Of a stretch of DNA of 64,000 bases, positions 1 to 10,041 are shown one piece after another. Each line of letters starts with the position of its first letter. Position 1 is the first letter of the stretch. A model generated the notes under the pieces. It saw nothing but the letters and a program-made list of their open reading frames with translations, did not search any database and had not been told where the DNA came from. Where the stretch lies: NCBI GenBank assembly GCA_963724765.1, contig CAVRVY010000004.1, positions 672,001-736,000 on the forward strand, given 5' to 3'. The stretch comes from an uncultured delta proteobacterium. Lineage in GTDB: Bacteria > Desulfobacterota > Binatia > Binatales > Binataceae. The position numbers were made by a program, and so were the translations under genes.

Positions 1-769
1 GGGCGGGATGAGGCCGATCGTCGAGATCATGACGGTCAACTTCAGCCTGCTGGCGCTCGACCAGATTGTGAACAACGCCGCGACGATCCTTCACATGTCT
101 GGTGGTCAATTCAACATTCCACTGGTGATTCGAATGACTACCGGCGCGGGGCGTCAGCTCGCGGCTCAGCACTCGCACAGTTTCGAGGGTTGGTATGCCC
201 ACATTCCTGGCATCAAGATACTCACTCCCGCCACGTTGGAAGATGCCCGGGGCATGCTATGGACGGCCCTCCAGGATCCTGACCCGGTGCTTATTTTCGA
301 ACACGGCACGCTCTACAACATGGAAGGCGAGTTGGCGGCGGATGCGGGCGCCGTGGAGATCGATAAAGCCGCGGTGCGCAAGTCCGGAACGGACGTGAGT
401 CTCATCACCTATGGCGGTACGCTCGGCAAGACGCTGCAAGCAGCCGAGGAGCTCTCCAAAGTGCGGATCGATGCAGAAGTTGTTGACCTCCGCACTCTGC
501 GCCCGCTCGACACGGCGACCATTGTGGATTCGGTTACCCGAACCCATCGAGCGGTGATTATCGACGAAGGATGGCGCAGCGGTAGCATCTCAGCCGAGAT
601 CAGCGCGCGCATCATGGAAGGCGCGTTTTACGAGCTCGACGTGCCGGTGGAACGGGTTTGCAGCGCGGAAGTCCCGATGCCGTATGCGAAGCACCTGGAA
701 GAGGCGGCGCTGCCCCAGGTGCGAACCATCGTCGAAACCGTGAGCCTCATGATGGGTGATCGTGGCTGA
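1..769 (+). CDS. pdhB: Pyruvate/2-oxoacid dehydrogenase E1 beta subunit (5' end outside window)
   Basis: [32 protein letters not shown] and [10 protein letters not shown] motifs of E1beta; frame is open to the window edge. Confidence 0.93.
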   Translation, partial: GGMRPIVEIMTVNFSLLALDQIVNNAATILHMSGGQFNIPLVIRMTTGAGRQLAAQHSHSFEGWYAHIPGIKILTPATLEDARGMLWTALQDPDPVLIFEHGTLYNMEGELAADAGAVEIDKAAVRKSGTDVSLITYGGTLGKTLQAAEELSKVRIDAEVVDLRTLRPLDTATIVDSVTRTHRAVIIDEGWRSGSISAEISARIMEGAFYELDVPVERVCSAEVPMPYAKHLEEAALPQVRTIVETVSLMMGDRG

Positions 770-2051
770 ATTTCGCATGCCCGCTCTCGGTGCCGACATG
801 GAGGTCGGCACCATTCTCGAGTGGCTGGTCAAACCCGGCGATACGATCAAGCGCGGGGACATCATCGCCGTGGTCGACACGGAAAAGGCCACGATCGAAG
901 TCGAGGTTTTCGAGACCGGGATTGTCCAAGAGATTTTTGTCCCGCTGGGCGAGAAAGTTCCGATCGGCACGCTCCTGGCTCTGATCCGCACCGATGGTGA
1001 AGTTGTCGCGCCGCCTGCGGCCAAGCCAAAGCCTGCCGCTGCGATACCGCCCCTGGTCGCGCCCGTCGCTCCTGCGCCGCCTCGACCGCCGATGCCCGCT
1101 CGCGTGGAGAAACCTCCGCCGCCCAAGATGCCACCGGCGGCGCCGGGCCGCCTGCGAATTTCTCCACTCGCGATGCGCACGGCTGTCGAACTGAAGGTGG
1201 ACCTCTGTACGGTGAAAGGAACGGGCCCGCACGGAGCCATTACCAGAGCCGATGTCGAGCGGGCGGCAGCGGCGCCTGCTGCGCCAGCGCCGCCGTCGGA
1301 AAAGGCGCCCGCTCTCGCGGCGGCGCCGGCAGTGGAGGCACCCAAGGCTGCGCCCCAGCGCAAACCATCCGTCGCCCCAGAGGAACGCCGTGCGACGATG
1401 CGGAAGGTGATCGCAGCGGCGATGGCACGCTCCAAGCGCGAGATCCCGCATTACTATCTCGCTACTCAGATCGACATGAGCCGGGCGATGGCCTGGCTGC
1501 AGGCGCAGAATCTCAAGCGACCGGTGACCGAGCGGCTGCTCTATTCAGTGCTTCTGCTGAAGGCTGCCGCCCTGGCCGCGCATGGGATACCGGAAATGAA
1601 CGGCTTTTGGGTGGATGAGGCGTTCAAAGCCAGCGCCGCAGTTCACGTTGGTGTTGCGATCTCGCTGCGCCAGGGAGGACTAATCGCGCCGGCGATCCAT
1701 GATGTCGACAAGAAGGGTTTGGACGACATCATGGCGAACCTGCAGGACCTGGTAAAGCGGGTACGCGCAGGAGTGTTGCGAAGCTCTGAAATCGCTGATG
1801 CCACTATCACGGTGACCAGCTTGGGCGAGCAGGGAGTCGAAACCGTGTTCGGAATCATCTATCCGCCGCAGGTTGCGCTTGTCGGGTTTGGCAAAATCAC
1901 CGAACGCCCGTGGGCAGCCAACGGAATGCTGGGAGCCAGGCCCGTCGTGATGGCGACGCTTGCGGCTGATCACCGCGCCAGCGACGGACATCGAGGCGGC
2001 CTTTTCCTCGCTACGATCGAGCGCCTTTTGCAGGAGCCAGAAAAACTGTGA
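762..2051 (+). CDS. pdhC: Dihydrolipoamide acyltransferase E2
   Basis: N-terminal lipoyl domain (VDTEKAT), Pro/Ala linker, E3/E1-binding ([18 protein letters not shown]), catalytic DHRASDG; GTG start overlaps pdhB stop. Confidence 0.93.
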   Translation: MAEFRMPALGADMEVGTILEWLVKPGDTIKRGDIIAVVDTEKATIEVEVFETGIVQEIFVPLGEKVPIGTLLALIRTDGEVVAPPAAKPKPAAAIPPLVAPVAPAPPRPPMPARVEKPPPPKMPPAAPGRLRISPLAMRTAVELKVDLCTVKGTGPHGAITRADVERAAAAPAAPAPPSEKAPALAAAPAVEAPKAAPQRKPSVAPEERRATMRKVIAAAMARSKREIPHYYLATQIDMSRAMAWLQAQNLKRPVTERLLYSVLLLKAAALAAHGIPEMNGFWVDEAFKASAAVHVGVAISLRQGGLIAPAIHDVDKKGLDDIMANLQDLVKRVRAGVLRSSEIADATITVTSLGEQGVETVFGIIYPPQVALVGFGKITERPWAANGMLGARPVVMATLAADHRASDGHRGGLFLATIERLLQEPEKL

Positions 2052-2296
2052 CGGACGATGAGATCAAGGCAATGGTCTTGCGGGAGCTTAAGAACATTGC
2101 ACCCGAATTCGAGTCCGAAATCGATCCGGCAATCGACTTGCGCGAGCAAATCGACCTCGATTCGATGGATATCCTCAACCTCATGATCGCCATTCATGAG
2201 GCAACAAGAGTGGATATTCCCGAGGCGGATTATCCCCAGATGTCCAGCCTCAATGGCTGTGTTTCGTACCTGCGCTCCCGCATCAAGTCGACGTAA
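2048..2296 (+). CDS. Acyl carrier protein
   Basis: 82 aa, acidic, LDSMD phosphopantetheine-Ser motif; GTGA overlap with E2. Confidence 0.88.
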   Translation: MTDDEIKAMVLRELKNIAPEFESEIDPAIDLREQIDLDSMDILNLMIAIHEATRVDIPEADYPQMSSLNGCVSYLRSRIKST

Positions 2297-2592
2297 TCTC
2301 CCATGGAGCCTTGGGTGAGATATCTACAGGTTGCAGCTTCGAGGAATGCTACAGTTGAATACTCGCAGTAGGCAGTATCCCCTCGACATGGCGGGCGGGC
2401 ATATGTCGCGGGTCTGGATACTCGCCTGCACCCGGCGATGCCTTGCTTGCCCCTTTCCAATGCCTTGGCGCGTGTCGGGAACCGACATCGCTGGCGGCGC
2501 AGGTTCCAATCGGCGACACCGTGATGCATCCAGCGGAACCATCACAACACCGTGATGCTTTCTCCCTCGCTGATACGCGGCCGTGGGCGTTT

Positions 2593-2608
2593 TGGCATGT
2601 TCCATGCT
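2593..2608 (+). promoter_or_regulatory. sigma54 -24/-12 promoter (DUF2267 gene)
   Basis: TGGCATGTTCCATGCT, GG-N10-GC, 28 nt before ATG 2637. Confidence 0.6.
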
Positions 2609-2636
2609 GAGCGTATTGATCAAGGGAGAGGGAACA

Positions 2637-3068
2637 ATGGATAAAAAGGCATTTTTCGAAAGGGTCGCTGGGCTTATGCGATGTGACGAGCATCGGGCTG
2701 AGTCGCTCACCTTCGCTGTGTTCCAGGAGCTTCGAGACAGTCTGACGTCGCGTGAGGCAGGCGACGTCGACGCCCAGCTGCCGGCCGGACTCAAGATACT
2801 ATGGGAAGCGCTCGACCGTCCGGGCAGGCATGTCCGCCGTGTGCATGAACCGCAGTTCGTCGGCGAGGTGCGGCTGATTGCGTCGCTGCCGGACGAAGCC
2901 GAAGCGGAACGCGCAGTGATCGCGGTCTTCGTCACGTTGCAGGAGCTGCTCGGCAGCCCGACCGGGATGGAGGGCGAGGCTTGGGACGTGATGAGCCAGT
3001 TGCCCAAGGACCTCAAGAAGCTTTGGATTAGTGCGCGCCAGCGCGCTGCTGAATTAGCGCAGGCTTAA
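2637..3068 (+). CDS. DUF2267 family protein
   Basis: Two repeats of AV(F)xxL..GEA..V..QLP typical of DUF2267; GGAG/GAGG RBS upstream. Confidence 0.8.
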   Translation: MDKKAFFERVAGLMRCDEHRAESLTFAVFQELRDSLTSREAGDVDAQLPAGLKILWEALDRPGRHVRRVHEPQFVGEVRLIASLPDEAEAERAVIAVFVTLQELLGSPTGMEGEAWDVMSQLPKDLKKLWISARQRAAELAQA

Positions 3069-3199
3069 GACGCGGTTTTCAGCCGATGTAGTTAATACTC
3101 CGACCAGGCAGAGCCATCTCGGCGTACGGCTGGACTTCATCCGGCGCGGCAGATTGGTGGATTGATTTCAGGCCATTCATCTCAATTGTGTTATTCTGT

Positions 3200-3275
3200 G
3201 CTGACTGCTCGGTCGCGTGCGCCAGGGCCGAGTCGTCCATGTGGGCGATGTCGGCGCCCAGGGTCAGATCGCGCT
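3200..3275 (-). pseudogene. Possible relic of P-type (Mg2+-type) ATPase cytoplasmic segment
   Basis: LTLGADIAHMDDSALAHATEQ resembles the GxEI.xMDD.AL segment preceding VFAR in P-type ATPases; coordinates approximate. Confidence 0.3.
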
Positions 3276-3324
3276 GGTCGTCAGGGGTCATCACCGGGCA
3301 AGGGCCCGATCCATCACGACCTTG

Positions 3325-4308
3325 CTACCAGAAAGCGTCGCAATGGCGGAACTCGCGCCAGTTCGCTTTAGCTTGGAGTTCCGAACTGCTCGCGCTCTGC
3401 ATATACCAGCCTGCGACGACGCCAGCCGCGTTAGATAGACGGTCAGAGATTCTCCGATCGTCGCGTGCGGCGGACAGGCGCTTGAGCAGGTGTTCCGCCA
3501 CCACGATGTCATTCATGTGGCCCAGGCTATTCTGCAGCTGAGCGAGCGCGCGAAAATAGGCCTTCTCGCGCTTCCTCTGATAAAGGGAGCGAAAGAACTC
3601 CGCGGTGTACCGAAGCTTCTTGAGCGCGATCCGCAGTTGGTGGCGCTCCTGGGCTGAAAGCTTCTTAAAGTCGCGGCCTAGCTTGAGCACCGCCTTATGC
3701 CTCTTGGTCAACAACCGACCGGCTAATTTTACTGCGGGCTGGTCGAAAGATTTTCGCGTTCTGTTGCTACCTTGGCGCCAGGACTTAGCCGACAGCCATC
3801 GGCGCATCCGCGCCAGGAGCGCGGAATAGCGCGGTGACCCAATCGCGCGCCGCGCTGTTGTATAGCCCTTCTCCCTTTCCGTCTCGGCTGCCATCCGCAA
3901 TTTAGCCAGCCCAGCGTCTCCCGGTCGGGCAGCCTCAACCGGCGCAAGCAGTTCGGAGAGAAAGACGTCCCAGTCGCGGGCCATACCGAGACTTGTTAAG
4001 AGCCACTTGGTTTCGCGTTTCAGCCAAGCAACTTGGGCGACGGGAATGATTTCTCGGAAATCTGAGAGCGCCGCGCGTATGCGTCGCAGCGCCACGCGCA
4101 TTTCGTGAACTCCCTCAGGATCCAGACCACTCAGCGCCGCCGCTTCGTTCGCGGTCCAATGCCTTAGACATTCTGCGAAGACGACCGCGACTGCGTCGTC
4201 GACGGACGCATTCTTTGCGAGTTCTATCCGCTCCGCCTTCGTCGCTGCGGGCGGCGCTTTGGCGACCACCGCTAAAGCCTGCCCTATTCGGGCGCTCACG
4301 AAGGCCAA
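3325..4308 (-). CDS. CHAD domain protein (polyphosphate-binding)
   Basis: DPEGVHEMRVALRRIR, LGMARDWDV, HQLRIALKKLRYTAEFF, LQNSLGHMND; no CYTH domain. Confidence 0.88.
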   Translation of the reverse strand: MAFVSARIGQALAVVAKAPPAATKAERIELAKNASVDDAVAVVFAECLRHWTANEAAALSGLDPEGVHEMRVALRRIRAALSDFREIIPVAQVAWLKRETKWLLTSLGMARDWDVFLSELLAPVEAARPGDAGLAKLRMAAETEREKGYTTARRAIGSPRYSALLARMRRWLSAKSWRQGSNRTRKSFDQPAVKLAGRLLTKRHKAVLKLGRDFKKLSAQERHQLRIALKKLRYTAEFFRSLYQRKREKAYFRALAQLQNSLGHMNDIVVAEHLLKRLSAARDDRRISDRLSNAAGVVAGWYMQSASSSELQAKANWREFRHCDAFW

Positions 4309-4484
4309 CTCACACCTAAAATGGTGGCTTAGATCTTACGCAAGAATAGCATTGCACTTCCCGCGTATCGTAAGCGATGAGCAGGTTGAATTACGTAGCT
4401 GTTACGCTTGGCTTACCTGCTTCCAAAATACCGGCGTAACGCGCTGTTCATCAAACCGTAGAGCAAGATTCCCGAGAAACTGCT

Positions 4485-6362
4485 ATGGTCAAAGTTCCGC
4501 AGGCATTCCGATTGAAAGAAGCAGTGACGTCGACCGCGGTTCCTAAAGCGAAACTCGCCGATCTTATCAAGCGCTTAAGCGAGATCAGGCTGGCGCTTGC
4601 CGAGTCGGAGAGCGCCTTTGCCACGCGGGTTGACCGCATCGACCCGAGCTATCTGAAAAGCGCTCGTAACCTCGCGCATTACATCGCACTGCGCCATCGC
4701 GACGTCCGCAATCTGCAGGAGGAACTGGCCCAGTTGGGGCTATCCTCGCTGGGGCGCGCGGAAGCCCACGTGATGGCGACGCTTGACGCGGTGCTCGCGG
4801 CGGTCCACGGACTGGCCGGTCGCTCGTGGCAACATTTGCCCCGCACGCTCGATTTTTCAGAGGGCAACAGGTTGTTGCGTGAGCATACCGAGACGCTGCT
4901 CGGGCCCAGCCCGGCCAACCGTGCGGTGCGGATTATGGTGACGATGCCGAGTGAAGCCGCATCGGACTATCAACTGGTTCGCGATTTGGTCGCCGCCGGC
5001 ATGGACTGCATGCGCGTCAACTGCTCGTATGACGACCGCCAGGCGTGGGTGGCGATGGCCGAGCATCTCAAGCGCGCGAGGCACGAACTCGGCAAGAATT
5101 GCCGGCTGTCGATGGATCTCGCCGGCCCCAAACTGCGGGTTGGCCCGATGGAAACCGGCCCCGAAGTGATCAAAATCCGCCCCGAGCGTGATGTTACTGG
5201 AATGGTGCTCAAGCCCGCGCGAATCTGCCTTGTTCCACAAACGCATACGGGCGCGGTTGCGAACGGGGCGGAGTCCCTATCAATTCCCATCGCCGCCGGC
5301 GATCTAACCTCGCTCCGAGCCGGGGATCAGATCGAATTTACCGATGCGCGAGGATCTTCCCGGCGAATGGTCGTGACCGCGGCAACCGGCGAGCAGGTCG
5401 AAGCCGAGTGCATCCGCACTTCTTATCTCGCTTCAGGAATGGAACTGCGCCGCAAGGGCGAGTTCGATTGTGTCCTGCGCGTCGGACGGTTGCCCGCGCT
5501 GGATCAGCCCATCGTCCTTAAAAAAGGCGACACCGTGGTGCTGTCGGATAAACTACGCTTGGGCAGAGGCCCGGAGGTAGGCGAGGACGGACGCGTGCTG
5601 CGTCCGGCGGCGATAAACTGCACCATCCCGGAGATTCTCCGCGACATTAAGGCGGGCGAGCGGGTGTGGTTTGACGATGGCAAGATTGGCGGAGTTATCA
5701 AAAAAGTCGCCGATTTGGAAGCCACCATCGAGATTACCCACGCCGCCGCGGCAGGTAGCAAACTGCGCCCTAACAAGGGCATTAATCTGCCGGACAGCAA
5801 CCTGAGTATTGCTTCGCTCACGCCGAAAGACCTCGAAGACCTCCAAGTGGTCGCCGAGCAGGCCGACATCGTTGGCATGTCTTTCGTGCGCTCGCCTGGC
5901 GACGTGGAAGCGCTCGAGGCACAACTGGCGCGGCTTGGCCGTCCCGACATCGGCATCCTGCTCAAGATCGAAACGCGCAAGGCATTCGACAATCTCCCCT
6001 CCCTGGTGCTCGCCGCGATGCGTCGTCCCGCGGCGGGCGTGATGATCGCGCGGGGTGACTTGGCCGTGGAATGCGGCTATGAACGGATGGCAGAGATCCA
6101 GGAGGAGATCCTATGGGTGTGCGAGGCGGCCCACATGCCCGTGGTTTGGGCGACGCAAGTGCTGGAGAGTCTCGCCAAGAAGGGACTTCCATCACGGGCC
6201 GAGATTACCGACGCCGCGATGGGGGAACGCGCGGAGTGCGTGATGCTCAATAAGGGGCCGCACCTGTGCGAGGCAGTGACAGCGCTGGACGATATCCTCC
6301 AGCGGATGCAGGATCATCAGGTCAAGAAAAGCGCGATGCTCCGAATGCTCAAGCGCTGGTAG
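4485..6362 (+). CDS. pyk: Pyruvate kinase, long variant
   Basis: DLAGPKLR, DDGKI, KGINLP, KIET, MIARGDLAVE, ATQVLES, PSRAEITD and ECVMLNKG motifs. Confidence 0.92.
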   Translation: MVKVPQAFRLKEAVTSTAVPKAKLADLIKRLSEIRLALAESESAFATRVDRIDPSYLKSARNLAHYIALRHRDVRNLQEELAQLGLSSLGRAEAHVMATLDAVLAAVHGLAGRSWQHLPRTLDFSEGNRLLREHTETLLGPSPANRAVRIMVTMPSEAASDYQLVRDLVAAGMDCMRVNCSYDDRQAWVAMAEHLKRARHELGKNCRLSMDLAGPKLRVGPMETGPEVIKIRPERDVTGMVLKPARICLVPQTHTGAVANGAESLSIPIAAGDLTSLRAGDQIEFTDARGSSRRMVVTAATGEQVEAECIRTSYLASGMELRRKGEFDCVLRVGRLPALDQPIVLKKGDTVVLSDKLRLGRGPEVGEDGRVLRPAAINCTIPEILRDIKAGERVWFDDGKIGGVIKKVADLEATIEITHAAAAGSKLRPNKGINLPDSNLSIASLTPKDLEDLQVVAEQADIVGMSFVRSPGDVEALEAQLARLGRPDIGILLKIETRKAFDNLPSLVLAAMRRPAAGVMIARGDLAVECGYERMAEIQEEILWVCEAAHMPVVWATQVLESLAKKGLPSRAEITDAAMGERAECVMLNKGPHLCEAVTALDDILQRMQDHQVKKSAMLRMLKRW

Positions 6363-6418
6363 ACTCACTGGCGTTAATCAGGGCCGTGTTGCGAGCCAAT
6401 GTGCGCTCGAAACAGCTG

Positions 6419-6472
6419 CGGTTCGATGCCGCCCGATGCGCCGGCGATTATGCCTATCGTTCCAGTGGGAGC
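6419..6472 (-). pseudogene. Tiny relic of ribonucleotide reductase large subunit
   Basis: Minus strand reads APTGTIGIIAGASGGIEP, the conserved RNR APTGT.S...G.S.GIEP motif. Confidence 0.6.
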
Positions 6473-6669
6473 ATAAAAAACCCTGCCCCGCATTCCAATT
6501 GCCGGCTCCCAGCCTGCATCCAACCTCAGCACCGATCGCCAGGGTCGTTGGCTCTACTTGCATCGGGCGAGCAAATTCTGTGCAACGGCAGCGTGGCGCT
6601 AATGGACACAGCGCTGACGCCATCGGAGTCATTAGATGCGAACGCCTGCGAGCACACGATATTCTGACG

Positions 6670-6685
6670 TGGTGTGATCATTGCT
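6670..6685 (+). promoter_or_regulatory. sigma54 -24/-12 promoter (HPF-CSD gene)
   Basis: TGGTGTGATCATTGCT, GG-N10-GC with TTGCT -12 element. Confidence 0.55.
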
Positions 6686-6783
6686 TGCTTGTGGGCTCAT
6701 CAGGGTATCGCGGAAGTAACGATGCCGGTGCCCAGGTAGATGAAGAAGATGTTATCGCGCAAAAAGTGCGCTGAGGATGAGAC

Positions 6784-7329
6784 ATGCAACGCGATTTGCA
6801 AATCACCGCCCGCAATTTCACCTTGAATGCGGCCGCCGAAGCCGAAATCCGGGAAAAGGCCGCGAGACTTGAGCGCTATTACGAGCGTGGGCGTATCGGC
6901 GGTTGCCACGTCACCGTGGAAGGCGCCGTTGGCCATCGCCGCCATGGCGGTCCGTTCAAGGTGCGAATCGATCTAAGACTTCCGGGTGGCGAGTTGAGCG
7001 TTGATCGGCAGTCCGAGGATGACCTCGCAGTGGCGATTCGCGAGGCCTTCGACGCCGCGCGGCGCGAGCTGCAGGATTATGCCCGCAAGCAGCGGGGCGA
7101 CGTCAAGACTGTCGAGGCGCCGCCCCACGCGCGCGTGAGCAAACTGTTCCCACTCGAGGGGTATGGCTTTCTGACCACACCCGACAGCCGCGAACTTTAC
7201 TTTCATCGCAACAGCGTCCTAGGCGATGCGTTCGACAGGATGAAAATCGGTACGGAGGTCAGGTTCGCCGAGGAGATGGGTAATCAAGGGCCTCAAGCGA
7301 GCTCGGTCGCGATAGCCGGCAAATCCTGA
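6784..7329 (+). CDS. HPF/RaiA ribosome-associated protein with C-terminal cold-shock domain
   Basis: LQITARN..IREKAARLERY..CHVTVE..VRIDL..AIREAFDAARREL, followed by YGFL..YFHRNSV..GPQASSV. Confidence 0.9.
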   Translation: MQRDLQITARNFTLNAAAEAEIREKAARLERYYERGRIGGCHVTVEGAVGHRRHGGPFKVRIDLRLPGGELSVDRQSEDDLAVAIREAFDAARRELQDYARKQRGDVKTVEAPPHARVSKLFPLEGYGFLTTPDSRELYFHRNSVLGDAFDRMKIGTEVRFAEEMGNQGPQASSVAIAGKS

Positions 7330-7370
7330 CTGCTCGGAAAGGGGCCACTACCCGCATCACCTTCAGGTGA

Positions 7371-7391
7371 GCCGGCGCGCGGCGCGCCGGC
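7371..7391 (+). terminator. GC-only inverted repeat after HPF gene
   Basis: GCCGGCGCGC-G-GCGCGCCGGC; no U-tract. Confidence 0.4.
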
Positions 7392-7658
7392 CTCCAAACT
7401 CTAAACGATCTCGCCGTTCATCGGGATGCCTGAGTCGATACTCCGCGAAAAGACGCCGCCCATGAAGCGTAGCTTGTTGAGAAATTCCAGGAACTCTGGA
7501 GTGAAGAGCTTAAGGGAATCGAGGTAGTGCCCAGTGCTCATCGTTCCTCCACGATAAAGCTGAATTGCCCAAGTGAAGAGCTCGGATCGCGCCTCGTGAA
7601 GGTGTTACATTACTGCTGGCGAGGACGAGACGCGCACCGCGACTGGCGCGTGATCGCG

Positions 7659-8177
7659 ATGATTGGAATGGCGCTGGCAGGTTTGATTGTCAGCGGATGT
7701 GTCACTGGTTCGCCTAAGCCGGAGTATATGCTCGCCGCGAATCCGGGTCTTGGCAAACAGATCCCAGGAGTGTTATCGGGCAAGACAGTTCTTGTCGGCG
7801 AGGTCGCGGGAGAGCGATCCCAACCTCAGCGGCCACTCCGTAACAGTTTTTGGTACGCACTCGTAAGAAGCGTCGAACAATCAGGGATCTTCAAATCGGT
7901 CGTGACAAATGGAAGCAGCGATTACCGGCTGGACGCTGAAATAGTCTCTCATCGCGAAATGGAAGCGTCTGCGATGTATACGTCGATCCTCCATGTCAAT
8001 TACCGGCTTGTTGAAGTCGCGTCCAACAGGGTTGTTTGGACCGACAACGTGGTTTCCCATCAGGACAGTGGGATCGACCTCTCCTCGGCGAACGAGGCCG
8101 CGGCGCGGACGAACCTGACTCGGATGCTCAAAGAAATGGTGGAATTCTCCGCGTCACAGCCTGAAGCTAGACACTGA
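7659..8177 (+). CDS. Hypothetical lipoprotein
   Basis: Hydrophobic stretch with IVSGC lipobox; YRLVEVASNRVVW strand pattern; start uncertain (7596-7659). Confidence 0.65.
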   Translation: MIGMALAGLIVSGCVTGSPKPEYMLAANPGLGKQIPGVLSGKTVLVGEVAGERSQPQRPLRNSFWYALVRSVEQSGIFKSVVTNGSSDYRLDAEIVSHREMEASAMYTSILHVNYRLVEVASNRVVWTDNVVSHQDSGIDLSSANEAAARTNLTRMLKEMVEFSASQPEARH

Positions 8178-8484
8178 GGTGCGCAAGGACGCCCTCTTCT
8201 GTTAGTCGGCGCAGGTAGCCCCCCTGTTTCAACTCCGAAACCCAGCGCCGCAGGCCACGTCAGATTCTACTTCGTTGGCGACTATGCGAATTCAGACAGC
8301 CGTTTGATGAATTTTTGAGAGTCTGGCTTCTTGCCCTTAAGAATTTGGCCGCATAGTCGCCTGAGACACAGCGGGCGTGTGAGCCCCGGCTCCTTTGCTT
8401 CCCGTTCGAGCCATCGGTATTCGAGTTGGCGCTTTTGGCAACAGGGAGGGCCGAACTTTTGGGAGCCTTCTGCGATGTTTCGAT

Positions 8485-8500
8485 TGGCGCGTTGCTTGCT
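8485..8500 (+). promoter_or_regulatory. sigma54 -24/-12 promoter (Hsp20 operon)
   Basis: TGGCGCGTTGCTTGCT, near consensus, 56 nt before ATG with GAGGAG RBS. Confidence 0.7.
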
Positions 8501-8556
8501 CGACTTGAAGGTGTGCTCGAGCATCGAGCGCGGAAATCCAATCGAGGAGAAAATCA

Positions 8557-9024
8557 ATGGGAGCACTGTCACTGTGGAGGCCGTTTAGGGACCTCGAACG
8601 GCTGGCGAGAAGCTGGGAGTCGCGTTTCCCCAGCTTCTCTCAAGAATTCGAGGAAGCCGAGAAAGAGTTCGCCCCGCCGATTGAAAGCTACGTCAAGGAC
8701 GGCAATCTGCTGGTACGCGTCGACGTACCTGGGCTCGATCCCAAGGACATCGAAATCAACGTCCTGCAAAACGTCCTCACGATCAAGGGCGAACGCAAAA
8801 GCGAGAAGGAGGTCAAGCAGGAGAACTATTTGCGCCGCGAAGTCTCGTACGGCGCCTTCGAGCGGCGGATGAACTTGCCGGAGGGGGCAATGACAGACAA
8901 CGTCAAAGCCAACTTCAAGAACGGGGTGGTCGAGGTGACTATCCCGCTGGCCAAAGAGGTCGGGGCGAAGAAGATACCGCTCGAGATCGAGTCAGAAAAA
9001 AAGGCTGAACACGAAAAGAAGTAG
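8557..9024 (+). CDS. Hsp20/alpha-crystallin small heat-shock protein
   Basis: DVPGLDPKDIEI..LTIKGERK..RREVSYGAFERRMNLP..ANFKNGVVEVTIP. Confidence 0.95.
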   Translation: MGALSLWRPFRDLERLARSWESRFPSFSQEFEEAEKEFAPPIESYVKDGNLLVRVDVPGLDPKDIEINVLQNVLTIKGERKSEKEVKQENYLRREVSYGAFERRMNLPEGAMTDNVKANFKNGVVEVTIPLAKEVGAKKIPLEIESEKKAEHEKK

Positions 9025-9084
9025 GGCTGTCGGCAAGCGCGCAGCCCTCGAAAAGTGATTTTGACTCAAGGGGAGGCAACGACC

Positions 9085-9564
9085 GTGAAGGTAAAGGATT
9101 TGATGGCGATCGAAGTGAAGAGTTGTGCAACCTACAACACTCTGAACACGGCCGCGCAGGCTATGTGGGACAACGACATCGGCTGCGTCCCGGTCGTGGA
9201 CAGTGACCGTCGTGTCGTTGGAATGCTCACGGACCGCGATGTCTGCATGGCGGCCTATATTCAGGGCGTGCCGCTTACGGGCTCGCTGGTGACTAGCGCG
9301 ATGTCTAAGCAGGTGTTTTCCTGTGCGCCTGACGACGACATCGCGTCCGCAGAGAAGTCGATGCGCGAGAAGCAGGTCCGGCGCCTGGCGGTAATCGACA
9401 CGCAGGGGCGCCTGGCAGGCATCATTTCGCTCAACGATATCGCGCGTGAGGGTGAACGGGAGACCGAGTTTAAAAAGACTCGCGAGGTAAGCGATGCCGA
9501 AATCGCGCGCGTTATGGCCTCGGTCTGCGCCCCCCGCCACCGCATCATTGAAGCCGCGGCGTAA
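9085..9564 (+). CDS. CBS domain pair protein
   Basis: VKDLM..MWDNDIGCVPVV..GMLTDRD..MREKQVRRLAVID..GIISLNDI. Confidence 0.92.
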   Translation: MKVKDLMAIEVKSCATYNTLNTAAQAMWDNDIGCVPVVDSDRRVVGMLTDRDVCMAAYIQGVPLTGSLVTSAMSKQVFSCAPDDDIASAEKSMREKQVRRLAVIDTQGRLAGIISLNDIAREGERETEFKKTREVSDAEIARVMASVCAPRHRIIEAAA

Positions 9565-9660
9565 ACCGCCTGAGAACGGGTGGTGAAGTTTCCAGTGCGC
9601 CACCACGAGAGCAGGACCGCCAAGTCGGGTCCTGTTCCCGTGGGCCGCAGAGGAGGATTT

Positions 9661-9966
9661 ATGGTGGCCAATTACATAATGCTCACGAGGCTTTCACCCG
9701 AGGCGCTGACCCGTCCCGGAGCAGTCGCAAATCTCAACAAGAAGGTCGCAGAGCGCATTCGCCAGGAATGCCCTAGCGTAAAATGGCTCGCCAACTATGC
9801 CGTGCTCGGTCCATGCGATTATCTGGACATCTTCGAGGCGCCCGACGCCGATACGGCGACGCGAGTTGCGCTTCTCGTCCGATCCTTCGGGCACGCGACG
9901 ACTGAAACCTGGGTCGCGACGCCGTGGGACCGTTTCCTGAGCCTCGCTCAAGGTCTCAAAAACTAA
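9661..9966 (+). CDS. GYD domain protein
   Basis: YIMLTRLS..YAVLGPCDYLDIFEAPD..GHATTETW; AGGAGG RBS. Confidence 0.85.
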   Translation: MVANYIMLTRLSPEALTRPGAVANLNKKVAERIRQECPSVKWLANYAVLGPCDYLDIFEAPDADTATRVALLVRSFGHATTETWVATPWDRFLSLAQGLKN

Positions 9967-10041
9967 GCGCAGGGCCGCGCAGGGTCGTTACGGCGAGTCT
10001 ATTCCAAAGAGCGCAGAGAACACGCCATTTCAGATTTCAAC

